From Hormiphora californensis (lineage: Eukaryota; Animalia; Ctenophora), in NCBI GenBank assembly GCA_020137815.1, contig CM035354.1, forward strand, positions 7,874,001 through 7,938,000: a DNA stretch of 64,000 bases. The letters run 5' to 3'. The translations under genes and the position numbers were made by a program. The first letter of the stretch is position 1. Each line of letters begins with the position of its first letter. The notes under the pieces were generated by a model. That model was not told the DNA's origin. It worked only from the letters and a program-made list of their open reading frames with translations, and did not search any database. This document shows, piece after piece, positions 1-11,605 of the stretch.

Positions 1-2349
1 GACTGGAGGGATATGAGCCCGGGCAAGTTTAATGAATATGTGGCCAGCAGGACACCTGTTATATTGAGGGGCCTAGCTAAAGAATACCCAGCCTACGAGA
101 AATGGACGGATCAATATATTCTGGTAAGGAGTTGACCCGCTAAGTTGAATTACTGTTGTAAATTACTGTTGTAATCAGGGGGCTGGGGCCTAAACTTTGT
201 TTATATAGGCCAGATAGGGATCAACAGTAAAAAGATTTGTTTGTTTAAGAACAAGGTTTATTTACTTACTGTAACCCAATATCTCAACATATATTGCAAA
301 TTGCAATGTTACATTCCAATACCTTCTCAAAACTTGCTGTTTCTCAACAAATCGCAAAAACTAGTACATACTCCCTTGCATTCCAATCCCCCTTCTCAAA
401 GCCCAATTTCTCTCAGGACAACTTCGGTGATCTAGAGATACGTCTGGAGGCTAAAACAGAGAAGGAGCACTTTGTGCCAGTAGGGGAGGTGGGTCGAGGA
501 AGGGCCACATTTGCTGAGTTCCTCTCTAGATACAAGACAGATAATATGTATTGTGTGAGTGAGGTTCCTAGTCCCATGTTCCCTGACCTGACTCTACCTG
601 GTATCATGAACTGTGGGGAGCTCGCCAGCAGTATTGTAGAGGTGGGTTGGTGTTTAAGTTGGTGTTATTAGCCTCCGTCTCACATCGTATTTTGTTTCCT
701 ATTGTTGCTTCCGTTTTTCTAAAATCTCACCGAATCTTAACATCAGGTGAATCTGTGGATAAACAGTGGTGGTGCTAAGAGTATAATACACAAAGATGCA
801 CATAACCAGTTGAACTGCCTCCTGGCTGGTAGTAAGGAGTGGATCTTTATCAATAACACTTATAATGATGGAATATACCAGGCTGAAGAGGTAAGAGTGG
901 GAGTCTTGAGCTCATGGACAGGCCCTTTTGTTCTTTCTCTCTCATTCATCGTGATGCCCACGTGATAGAGGGCCCTTTGTTGGTTTTGTGTGTGTAGCCT
1001 CATTTAACTGTTCCTTGATCACCATCTCAACACACAGCTTTATAATAAGCAGACCCCGCCCCCTCATGGCACCTGCCCCACTCATCGCTGACCCTTTCTC
1101 TAACCCTCTCCACCCTCTAACTAACCCTCTCCGCCCTTTCTCTAACTAACCCTCTTCTTTCCCTCAGATAGATGGAGACATGGGAGGTTTCTCACTGGTA
1201 GACCCAGCTAAAGTGAACTACAAATCATTCCCTAAGTTCGCTACAGTTCCCTGGGAATACGCTACTGTTCACGCTGGTGACTGCCTCTATCTCCCTCCTA
1301 GGTAACATTCTCATCTCTCTTTTTTGGATCGCCCCATGTCCATGATCATCTTACAAAATGAGAGAATATTCTAGAACATTCTCTTCCTTTCTCTTTCTTC
1401 CTCCCTATTCGATTTGAGTCTCTATTTGTCTGACGTCACGGAGAACCTGTCATAATTAAACTATCTGTTCGCTCTATCTTTCTGTTTCTCAAATCTTTCT
1501 CTCTATCTCTCTCTCTCTCTCTCTCTCCCACTCTCTATCCACCCTCTAACCCCCTCTCTCCATTTCAGATACTACCACCGTGTAAAATCAACAGACCGGA
1601 ACTTTGCAGTTTCTATCCTGTTCGGTACTACCTCTACATTCTCTATGTCCCCTAACTGCCACACTGGCCCAGCCCCCTCCCTGCCACTTGACAAGGCCCC
1701 TATCCAATGGGCCTACCCTGGACATGGTATGATGAGTATGGGCAATAGTTGTCCTGTCCAAATCAAACAGATCTTCATGGACGAGTTCACCCACTTTGCT
1801 GGAGAGGGGGTGGAGGAGGTAGCCATGGCGGATTATATAGACCACATATTGGATGAGGTGACTGTAGAGGTGCCTTACATCCAGGAGGCATTTCACAGGA
1901 TGTTTATAGAGGAGAGGTTACTGGGAGAGAGTGAGATGATAACAAGGGAATACCTGGAATCCCTCCCTGACTCCTTCTATAACACTGTAACAGCTGCCTA
2001 TAGTTATGATCCATCTAATGACCCTGACTCGGAGCTGTTCTACATCACCAAGTCCCGGGTGGTTAACAGATTGAAGGATGCTACATACTACGGGACTATA
2101 ACACGGGATATCTTCCTACAGACCTATACAGATATAGGAGGTTCACTGAGGTATGGGAGGGAGTTGTGGGGTAGGTTGAGTGGTGATGGGGCGACACTAT
2201 CCTGGTATGAAGTGAGAGACAAGGATGGAGAGTTTGATGTGTTTGGGAGGGAGCATGATAGAGGGGATGGGGAGATGTGGGAGAGGAATGAGGAGATAGT
2301 GAGGAAGGCTAAAGAGGAATTCGAGGACAGTCAGAGAGAGGAATTGTAA
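1..2349 (+). CDS. JmjC (cupin-8 type) 2-oxoglutarate oxygenase with C-terminal extension and ER-retention-like REEL; 5'-partial, multi-exon
   Basis: Exons with GT-AG boundaries at 1-123, 417-641, 747-890, 1168-1301 and 1569-2349. They join in frame to give TPVILRGLAKEYPAYEKWTD...VNLWINSGGAKSIIHKDAHNQLNCLLAGSKEW...HAGDCLYLPPRYYHRVKS. HxD...H facial triad present; ends QREEL*. Confidence 0.85.
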
Positions 2350-3102
2350 TGTAGTTATAGTGTCTGGATACACTTCCCTAGATGTGGGATATAACTTTTA
2401 TTCTGTGAGTTCCTTTTTACTAAATTGTTGATTTATTTCCATAGACAGATTTGTGAATTATTTATTTTTCTTGGAGGCTTATACCTCTAGTGTGTACATT
2501 GTAATTGTTGAACATTTGAACTTTAACCAACCCCCTTATATCCGAACTTTTTAGATAGTCAAACTTGAACAGGGACATGGCCCACACTTATGGTTCATAT
2601 TGGTCAGTTACTTCGTGAAATTAGGGTGATGAAAGGCAGTGAAAAAGGAAGATATAGATAGACACTACTCAAGGTGGTATTTGATACCCTCAACACCAGA
2701 CAACACAAAAGTCAAGTTCCCGCCCAGTTTACTTTGTGTTCACATTACCTCACACACACCACGTACCGCGGGAGGGAGAGAAGTGAGAGAGGGAATGTCG
2801 CGCGCTCCATACAGATGGGGCGCGCCGAACCGATCGACCAAGAGAAGATGTTCTCAATTTTGAGATACAGTGCGCTACTCGATCTCTCTGAATTTACCAA
2901 GAAATTAGAAAAGTGAAGTCCATTGGCATTGATTGGTAGGTTTGTTGGAAGCAGGCAACTTTCCAAAGCCCAAGGGACTATCAAGATGGTTAAATGAGTG
3001 TCAGAGATCGGTGACATTTTCATTTATAGGGTGAAATACCACCACGGTCAGTTCAATAAACTACACTCAGTTACTGTCTAAAAGAGAATCAAGACAACAC
3101 AG

Positions 3103-4257
3103 TTACACACAATATCTCTCCTCTAGATCAGGTGTACTAATCTCCCCTAGTCCAGGGCTATCACAGAACCTCACTCTATGATCTCTCTTCCTGTCCTTCC
3201 TCTTCTTGGCGAGGTTTACCACCTGTTGAGATATCTTATCCTGGTTACTGATCTGATAGGGAGTCATCTGTACACCCTTATTAACCTTCCTACAACACAC
3301 CCTCAATAGATCCCTCTTTAGAAAGTTTCTAAAACTAACCACAGTAAAAGTGTACACTACTGGATTCAGAGTTACATTTAGGAAGTAAGCCTCAGTCTGT
3401 ACCACATAGGCCCACACACCAAGGTTCTTGTGTAGCACCTGTAGAGTGGCCCTTATCACAAGGGGGGCTACAGAGAATATGAACACCCAGGAGATGAGAG
3501 ATACAGTAACAGCAGCATTGATACTGACCATCCTAACATTAACAGCCCTGTTCCCTATATTAGGACTCCTAGCGACCCTCTCATCTTGTTTCTTAACAAA
3601 CCGTGACGCTATCACCAGGATCATGATATTAGAAATGACCATGAAGATCAGGGGGATAAACCCAAACATGGTGATAATAACAAGTGTGAACACTGTGTAT
3701 TTCCCCTCAGGGTTCAGTAGCCCCGAGGTGTTGCAGGAGAGAAGGGAGGGTTGGAAGTAGGTATACTGCTCAAATATCACCGCAACTACCACTGACCCCA
3801 CCGCTACCACCCATATACCAAGCACTATTGTCCGGGCCTTAGTCTCCGTGAAACTAATAGCACGAAGAGGCCGGATCAGGGTTAGAACCCTGTGGAAGGA
3901 TATCGCCACCAGAGTGTGTAGTTCAGCAAATATGAAGATATACCCCAACATTCCTTGTACAAAACACATCTCTCTCCCAGCTACCCACCTCCTCGCATAC
4001 AGAGTTGACCCCACGGTAACTCCGTTAATCATCGCCAGGGCCAGGTCTATAACAGTGAGGTTCAGGATGAAGATGAGTACAATCCGGTCTAGGTTCAGGG
4101 CATTAAAACACAGGATGCCATACAGTACAATGGAGTTGCCCACTATAGCGATAATAAGGCAGATAGTGTGAAAGAGACACAGGAACACGTAGGAGGGTTC
4201 AGAGAGTTGAAGGACTGATAGGGAGACATTGAGGGACGTCTCGTTAACTAGCATCAT
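3103..4257 (-). CDS. Class A (rhodopsin-like) GPCR, single coding exon, 384 aa
   Basis: Seven hydrophobic segments; TM1 GN, TM2 NLTVID, ECL1 W...C, DRY replaced by HRV (AISFHRV), TM5 FIP, TM7 NPVVY and helix 8 FRNFL. Confidence 0.92.
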   Translation of the reverse strand: MMLVNETSLNVSLSVLQLSEPSYVFLCLFHTICLIIAIVGNSIVLYGILCFNALNLDRIVLIFILNLTVIDLALAMINGVTVGSTLYARRWVAGREMCFVQGMLGYIFIFAELHTLVAISFHRVLTLIRPLRAISFTETKARTIVLGIWVVAVGSVVVAVIFEQYTYFQPSLLSCNTSGLLNPEGKYTVFTLVIITMFGFIPLIFMVISNIMILVIASRFVKKQDERVARSPNIGNRAVNVRMVSINAAVTVSLISWVFIFSVAPLVIRATLQVLHKNLGVWAYVVQTEAYFLNVTLNPVVYTFTVVSFRNFLKRDLLRVCCRKVNKGVQMTPYQISNQDKISQQVVNLAKKRKDRKRDHRVRFCDSPGLGEISTPDLEERYCV

Positions 4258-4835
4258 TCCTTCCTGTGTAAATATGTGGTTTGAGAGTTAGTAATTTAAA
4301 TACTAATTAGTAATTTAAATAGTAATTTAACTACTAATTAGGGAAACATAAATTTAGCAAAATTCGACCATCTATCATACAATGGAAAGGGGTTCATTGT
4401 CAAGTACGATTCAGGGGAAACAGAAACTCAACAAAGCAACTTGACTTATTGTAGTTGTACGGCTTTGTTGAACAGAGGGAACAAAGAGAGTTTCCGCTTG
4501 GTTAGTGGTGACAGATGTGGCTGTTAAAACTATAGTCAGGGAAAGTGATAGTTGCAAGTCTGAAGTGGAACTGGAAGAGGTCGAGTTGTTACAATGAAGA
4601 GTTGAACAAAGCGATGACATGGCGAGGTGTCTAAGTAACTGAGAGGTAGAAAAGTGTGCTGCTAAGTGCTGCTGGATACTTGCCGTTGGGCAAATACAGA
4701 ATTAGAGATGCCTTGCATAATTGTGATACAAAAGGACCCGAGAAAGAAGGAATGATAGATAGAGCAAAACAACTCAAATCTCACTTATAAATTGACAACT
4801 TATACGGCCAATTAAACATACAGCCTGTCTCTGAG

Positions 4836-4838
<3 letters not shown>

Positions 4839-4931
<93 letters not shown>
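4839..4931. repeat. (CT)n microsatellite
   Basis: Uninterrupted CT dinucleotide run of ~90 nt. Similar tracts at ~6430-6500, 32351-32412, 36070-36132, 47225-47270, 55195-55283, 55851-55930 and 60100-60240. Confidence 0.95.
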
Positions 4932-4934
<3 letters not shown>

Positions 4935-6423
4935 ACCTCTTTATGTCGGTATGACATGTTCATTATAGAGCAATGCTACAGCTCTCTTCCAATTACAACT
5001 AAAACTCTATCACCTAACTGCTGCGTGTGTAAGTGGCAAGTAAAACACGGAAACTATTAGTTGAAGAAGAGGCAGAAAGAGTTCTGGCAGAACTTCTATG
5101 AAGGTAGTTAGGAACAAACGTAGAAGAGGCTGAACTTCAGGCAGTGGTACTGCAGTTTAGTAGAGAGCTATAAACACAAGCAGAGACGGGTAGAGAGCTA
5201 TAATAAACCATTAACCGTGAAACAAAAGAAGTAAGATGAGGGCTCTCTCTGAGAGTCTTAAAGAGAGACTCTCTCAGTCCGAGAGTCTCTGGTTAAGTTT
5301 TTCCCCTCTTTCTAACAATACATTTGGCTACATGGTTGCCCTTTCTTTTGGGGCTTTTTATCCTTCGATAAATAACCAAACAATAAACACACAGTTTATC
5401 ATTTAACTCTGTCACAGTGTCACACAGGGCCGTACTCTCACATAGAGAGAGAGAGAGATAGAGAGAGAAAGGGTTGACGCATGTCGCGACTCCCTCTCGA
5501 AGCTTCTATCTAGCCCACCTGGACCTTTTAATGACAAAGGGACCATGTTGTTAGCCTATCACAAAGGGCAGCCCTTTACTGCTATTTAATTGGGCAACTC
5601 CCAGTCACGGAAATACATAGAACGTCAGAACCCATTACCCATCGAAACCCATTAAAAACTTCTTTTACAGTTCACTTGCTGACGCAAACAATTCTTTAGA
5701 GGACAGAGACAAACGTCAACGAGTTTAGATATTAGATAATCACTTCTGATATATTTCAAGCGACCTGGACCTTGTAGGGATAACCTCCCTCCTGAGTCCT
5801 GTCAGGCCAATGATCTGACAGTCTCCCTCGCCATATCGATGCAATTAGAGGGGACTTATAGGGCAAACCAGAACCTTACTAGCACCTCTATAATCGTAAA
5901 GAATTAGGGACAATGGAATGTGTAGACGTTGGGGCTCTATGAATATAATCATGTATCAACTCCCAGACATCAGTAGTATCCTATCAGGCCAATGCTCTGA
6001 CGGGTAGTATCACATACTGGTACTGCTGCTGTACAGAATTAAATAATTATATGCACCCATATTATAATAATCATTAGGCATCAAACAATGACTTGAGATT
6101 TGGGACTGCACAGGTAGCTTCAATCGGGGTATACATGAATATTAAATTACTAAGCAGTACTCTCTTTTACAGATACAATTCGCCAATAAAAGATTACGTG
6201 AACTTATTATGTGAATAATAAGATGGATTTTGAGAGTAAAAAGATAAATCCCCATATGAATGACGGTTGTTACTCAACATAATGACGGACCTTTGATTAA
6301 CAAATTACCACGTTTTAGTCACGTGATGGTCAATAATTATGTCAATGCCGCCCGATTAGATCTGGACACTGGGCAGACGTGACAAATCATATCCATCAGT
6401 GATATGATGATACAGCATGAATT

Positions 6424-6502
<79 letters not shown>

Positions 6503-9500
6503 ATCATTACAGACGGCTCTATGGGCGACGCTATTATTTCTGACAGTTAATACGTCTCAGATACAGGTACTTCCGTCTCCAATGACTGTTCACTGTAACT
6601 GAAAGGCACACAGAGAAACAAACATCTGGGGGCCATGTTACAACTATATTTCGACCTGAGTTAAAATTAGAGTCAAAACTTAACATATTATGCACCATTA
6701 TATTCACGTTACAAAAAGTGAGAAAGGTGGCCCTCTCAAGGTGTGATTATAGTCATAAGATCCTAAGTCTATTCTCATGTAAATGTGTACCCTCCACCAT
6801 CTCTATAATTATCTCCTCTCTAAAACATGTCTTATTAAACCTGTTGATAAAAGAAACAAAATATTAAGACGAGAATTGAATTTGAAACCAATGAGGAATG
6901 AGGCAGTATCAAGATGTGGTATGAATACGATGGTACCCCTGCCTTTTGTACTCTTTAAATGAGGCCAAAAGTTGCTGTATATTTGGGTTACCAGGTGAGA
7001 GAAGTCACGGTGACCTCACCCACCAACTGAATAATATTGACCCAATCACCAAAGCTAGGTATATCGAGTAATGACCTGTACTAATTTATAACATGTGTGT
7101 CCTATTGTTTGTACTGTCTGACCGGGTACTGTCTAATTTATCTCACAATCCTACTCTAGCATAACGCCCATAACGGTTCTTCAATTAATATCAAAGAGCT
7201 CTCTGTACGTGTCCAACCCTCACAAGAAGTGAAATGAGGTGGTTAAAATGGTAATGACTTGCTGATCTAGTTAGATCTGTGTGAAGTAGTGGCCGGGGGA
7301 GCAGGTGCTAGTAGTTTCTACCAAAACTCATGAAGAGTAGTCTCTATCGAGAGGGGGGGGGGGGGAGATGAAGAGATGTGAACTCAATGACGCCTCTACC
7401 CTCTAGAACTATATTACCCGTTTAGAAAAATGCAGTTTCAAAAACAGGAATTTCTATGAAGTTAAAAGCGATTTAGGAACACTTTCTAGAAGTGGAGAGG
7501 CTTGTTGAGTAAGGGGTGAGAGACATGTCTAGTCAAGCAGCAGGGCACCAGGTTGTGTAATTACCCACGTGTGACATTTACAGGGCATTTACAGGTGCGA
7601 AATGGCTCGGTACTTGTACAAATCACCCTCCGTATCTCTCTTTTACTGGTAATCGAAAATGGGAAAATTACCAGGCACAACTATTAAGTCTCGAAAGTCG
7701 GAAAGAGATAAATATCTGCTGTTTCGCCTTTTTACTAGTTGGCAAATCAGGCCTTCATCTGAACTTCTGTTCTCTGAACTGTGCCAAGAAATTGGGGAGG
7801 TATTTTAGAGAAATGGACAGGGAAGGAACGAATGATCGTGTTTACGACAAAACAGCTATGTTGTTCATACAAAAGAGAGAGAGAGTCAGGTAGTTAGTAG
7901 AGTTTATCTGACACAAGGGTGGCATATGTCATTCATCCAAAGAAAGGTGGTGATGAAAACTAAATGATGGAAATCACACATTCTATCCCTAGTTTAGGAA
8001 AACAAGATGATATGAAAATTAGTTGGAAGCTAAGATCGAACTGCCACCGCTATATAACTAAAACCTATGATAGTTTTAGTACAGTTAGAAAGGGGAAATA
8101 TGTTTGATAGAAATCGGTTACTGATTACATCAGTCTTGTTGTAAACAGAAGACTGACTGGATCCAAAAATAGGGACACAGTGTGTCACACACGAAGAAGA
8201 ATCACCACGTTTCCCCAAATAAAAATGGAACAAGTACCACATCACGATGCAATTTGCCTTGCTCGACCCTGTTTCACCGGGCCCCACTACACGGCGGAAC
8301 CCTCTTTTACAAATATAAAGGAGCATTAGAACATAGCAATATGCAATATACAGAATAGGATGGGGGGATCGTTTAGCAAGGGTCTCTCGTTTAGCTCACT
8401 CAACATGAGTCTAGCGGCGTCACGCTTAGTCTAGCTCATGTACTACCCCTTTGATCAGAGAGCAAAATGCTAATGTGGATGGCCGGTGTGGTCATCACAG
8501 AAATGAAGTAGAAATAAACCGGCCCTCCAAAGGTAATAATTCCCCAGGTGGGCCCTCTTATTAATAATAATACGGAGCTATTGGAGCAAGTTCAGGTGCT
8601 GTAACTTGGTGTTCTATAGGGTGCCAGGGGGTTTCTAATCTTAGAAAATTGTCTCCAGCTGTCTTCTGTCAGTCAGTCACCTGTCACACACATGCATATG
8701 GAAATGAAAGAGAGTTGGAGCAATGTTGAATTAGTATTCTAATGTTGAATTAGTACGATCTATTTCAATATATCCTGTAGTATCGGCTGAACAATCCAAT
8801 GAATTAACATAATATTCGCATAAAAGTGGGTGTATAGAATAACGAGACTTTATTATCCCCTCTCCTTTTCGGTAACCCCATTCCATGTGATTCTTGTGTG
8901 TTTATCTCTCCTTGCTGTTGCATCCCCCCTGTTATAGCGAGTGTATGCGAGAATGAGAGCATGGACTAGGTAGACTCAAGAAGTTTATATTTAAGTCTCA
9001 ACTGTTTTTCTACACCGTTATGGTGGGAAAACAGGACGAGTAGCCCCTTCCTCGGAAGTGTATGTCAAACTTCAATCACACCCTCTTATTTTCCCATGCA
9101 TTACCCCCCTACCATGGCCATTATGCCGCGTGTATGCGATTGAATCCTGGCAACATACCCATGCTTGTGAACCTAATTCTCAATAGAACTAGTAATAGTA
9201 CGTGTAGCTCTTGATTTAAAATCCACATTAGTGAATATATTTCTGGACCTCAGCACTCTTTTTACCGTCGATTAAGCGAGGAAGTGAGACATATTATTAA
9301 TGATCGAATGATAGAGTAAACGTGTGAGATAGAGGGAGAGAGATAGAACGAGATAGATGGATAGAGAGAGACCCACAATTGCCGAATGTGTGTATGCTTG
9401 ATGTTTATAATGTATTTGAGTCCGCATGCTAGGAGATGGAGAGAAAAGATAGAGCGATAGAGAGAGAGATAGTCGAGAAAAAGATAGAATTGTGACTGAT

Positions 9501-9587
9501 GAGAGATCTCCTCTCTCCTGGTCTCTCTCTGTGATAGAGATGTGCTAGTTCAATTTCCTGCTGTCAACTCCATTGTTTCCCCTTCCA

Positions 9588-10424
9588 ATGACAGAAAGGG
9601 AGAACAACAACAACAACGCGGCCATGGCAGCCTCCATTTCTACCCGGCCTCATCTTGTTAGGAGCTCCTTGTTAGATCAACAGCAGCGACACAGCGGCCA
9701 TTATGGGTCCACTGGCCACACAATGACTCACCAGGAGGCACCTCAGAGTGAGGGGGTACAGCTCTCTCAGGTCGCCCTGATACCCCTCCCTGCTGAGGGA
9801 GAGGGGGAGGATACTAGCCCAGATGATCAGACTACTAAACCGTTCAAGAGTTATGCTAGTGAGAGCTCCCAGTTGCATTCCATCACCTCATTTGTAGGGG
9901 AGGATCCAACAACCCAAGATGCTGAGGAGTCTGGGAAATTGGAAGATATGGGGGAGATATGGTCTGAAATGGGTGGATATGATCCCTTTCCAATATTCAG
10001 TAGTGAATACCACGATGATCACGAGGTAGTGAAGGAAGAGGAGCAGAGAGAGGAGGAGGGTTTTGAGAAACATTCCCTATCTACCATCAGTGAGGGTGGG
10101 TCATGTAGTGAGTTAGAAGATGATGATGAGGAGACTCCCTCCTGCCCTGTTCTCAGTTTACTGCACTCTAGAGACGGTACCTCTCTAACCCACACCATCT
10201 CATCTCCTCCCACCACCCCTCCAGCTAGAGAGTTTACTATGTACCCAGTCCGGACCCCACCTCCTCGGACAGCATCATCCTCCTGCACTGCAGTGTCAAC
10301 CCAGACTGAACAATGTCAGGAGTGTGGGGAGAAAGAGAGAAGGGTGGTTGAGCTGTCAGATATACTCTCACTAGCAGAGGCAGAACGAGACTTTCTCAAG
10401 GAGGAGTTATGTGTTTACTGTTAG
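9588..10424 (+). CDS. Uncharacterised acidic, Ser/Pro-rich protein with a short C-terminal CxxC + coiled-coil segment (single ORF, ~278 aa)
   Basis: Uninterrupted ORF from ATG 9588 (MTERENNNNN...) to stop 10424 with coding-like purine-rich composition; ends STQTEQCQECGEKERRVVELSDILSLAEAERDFLKEELCVYC. No family recognised. Confidence 0.5.
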   Translation: MTERENNNNNAAMAASISTRPHLVRSSLLDQQQRHSGHYGSTGHTMTHQEAPQSEGVQLSQVALIPLPAEGEGEDTSPDDQTTKPFKSYASESSQLHSITSFVGEDPTTQDAEESGKLEDMGEIWSEMGGYDPFPIFSSEYHDDHEVVKEEEQREEEGFEKHSLSTISEGGSCSELEDDDEETPSCPVLSLLHSRDGTSLTHTISSPPTTPPAREFTMYPVRTPPPRTASSSCTAVSTQTEQCQECGEKERRVVELSDILSLAEAERDFLKEELCVYC

Positions 10425-10728
10425 AGGGATGTAGCAAGAGAGATGGGATAACACAGACATCCTGAACAGACTGATTGGGTTCGGGATTGGTTAGCAACAT
10501 TGACTGCTTTTATTTGTAAAGTGTTGACGGGGTGGAGGTAGATTGTGTATTCAGAGTGTGTACAAATGTGATAAACAATTAGATTTCAGATATTCAGAAA
10601 TGTAATTCAAGATTTCTCTACAATAATCAACACAGACCAGCTGCTTACACGCACAAAAACAGAGTCTAATAGAAAAAGGTTCTCATCCCCAAACACTCAG
10701 TGTCACATCACCCCAAATTTAGTTCAAT

Positions 10729-11420
10729 CTATCGCATTTCATCAACACTGAACATTCCCTTTGCCCGTCGGAGGATTGAGTCCTTGGATGAGTCGTATGG
10801 GTGTTCCTTGGATGGGATCTCTAGAACAGCGGGGATAGCAGCAGTGTGTCCATCAATAATGTGCCTCACATCATTAGCAATCTGGGGGAGAGAGGGAGTT
10901 AGAATCACTTGGCCGCTTGTCAGCGTTCCTTCTTGAACCTCAAGAGCGCTTTTCAGCGCAGGATTTCGCGCACGCTGACCACGCGCGCCGGAACTTGCAA
11001 CTCTACTTTCAACACAACGAGCGCAGTAAAACTAGCGATAGGTCCACCATTGCGTGTAAGTTTGAAGTTTTACACCGCCAGATCTCTAGTTTGGATAAAG
11101 TCAGGTCAGTTGGTTATACTTACATGCTGATTGATGAGTAGAATACCAACGTCCTTCCTGGCTAGCAGCTTCCTAAGGGCGCTCTCTATCTCACCAATAG
11201 TCGTATCTGTGGGAGGGGGTTCAGGGTTATCAGCTGCAGACTATAGGAATCACCCTGATAAAATGTGACTCATGTCATACTTTAGTAATTAGTAATTACC
11301 TTTCTTAACAACTAGAAAGTTTGGTTCCCGGGCATTGTTCAGCTCTCCAATACCGCCCAGTAGAAAAGCAGTGCAGGTATCTTCATCCCCCACTAGCCCA
11401 ATCAAATGGGATTTAGCCAT
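10729..11420 (-). CDS. ATP6V1F: V-type proton ATPase subunit F, 3 exons
   Basis: [40 protein letters not shown] / [28 protein letters not shown] / [50 protein letters not shown]. An alternative in-frame ATG lies at 11435. Confidence 0.95.
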
Positions 11421-11605
11421 TGTAACCTTAGACATCTTGCAAGCTGCTATAACACAGTTTGATTTGTTACAAATTAATAAACCATAATGTTGGAATGGTG
11501 GTAGGTAAATACGCAATGGGGGTGATACACAAAAACTGTCAAACTTGGGTGATAGAAAATTAAACACATATAAACGGGTATGACAAATAAAAATAATGTC
11601 TCTGG

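Noticed and set aside
3103-4257. GPCR as an opsin
   Set aside because: No Lys at the retinal-binding position in TM7 (YFLNVTLNPVVY has Phe there).
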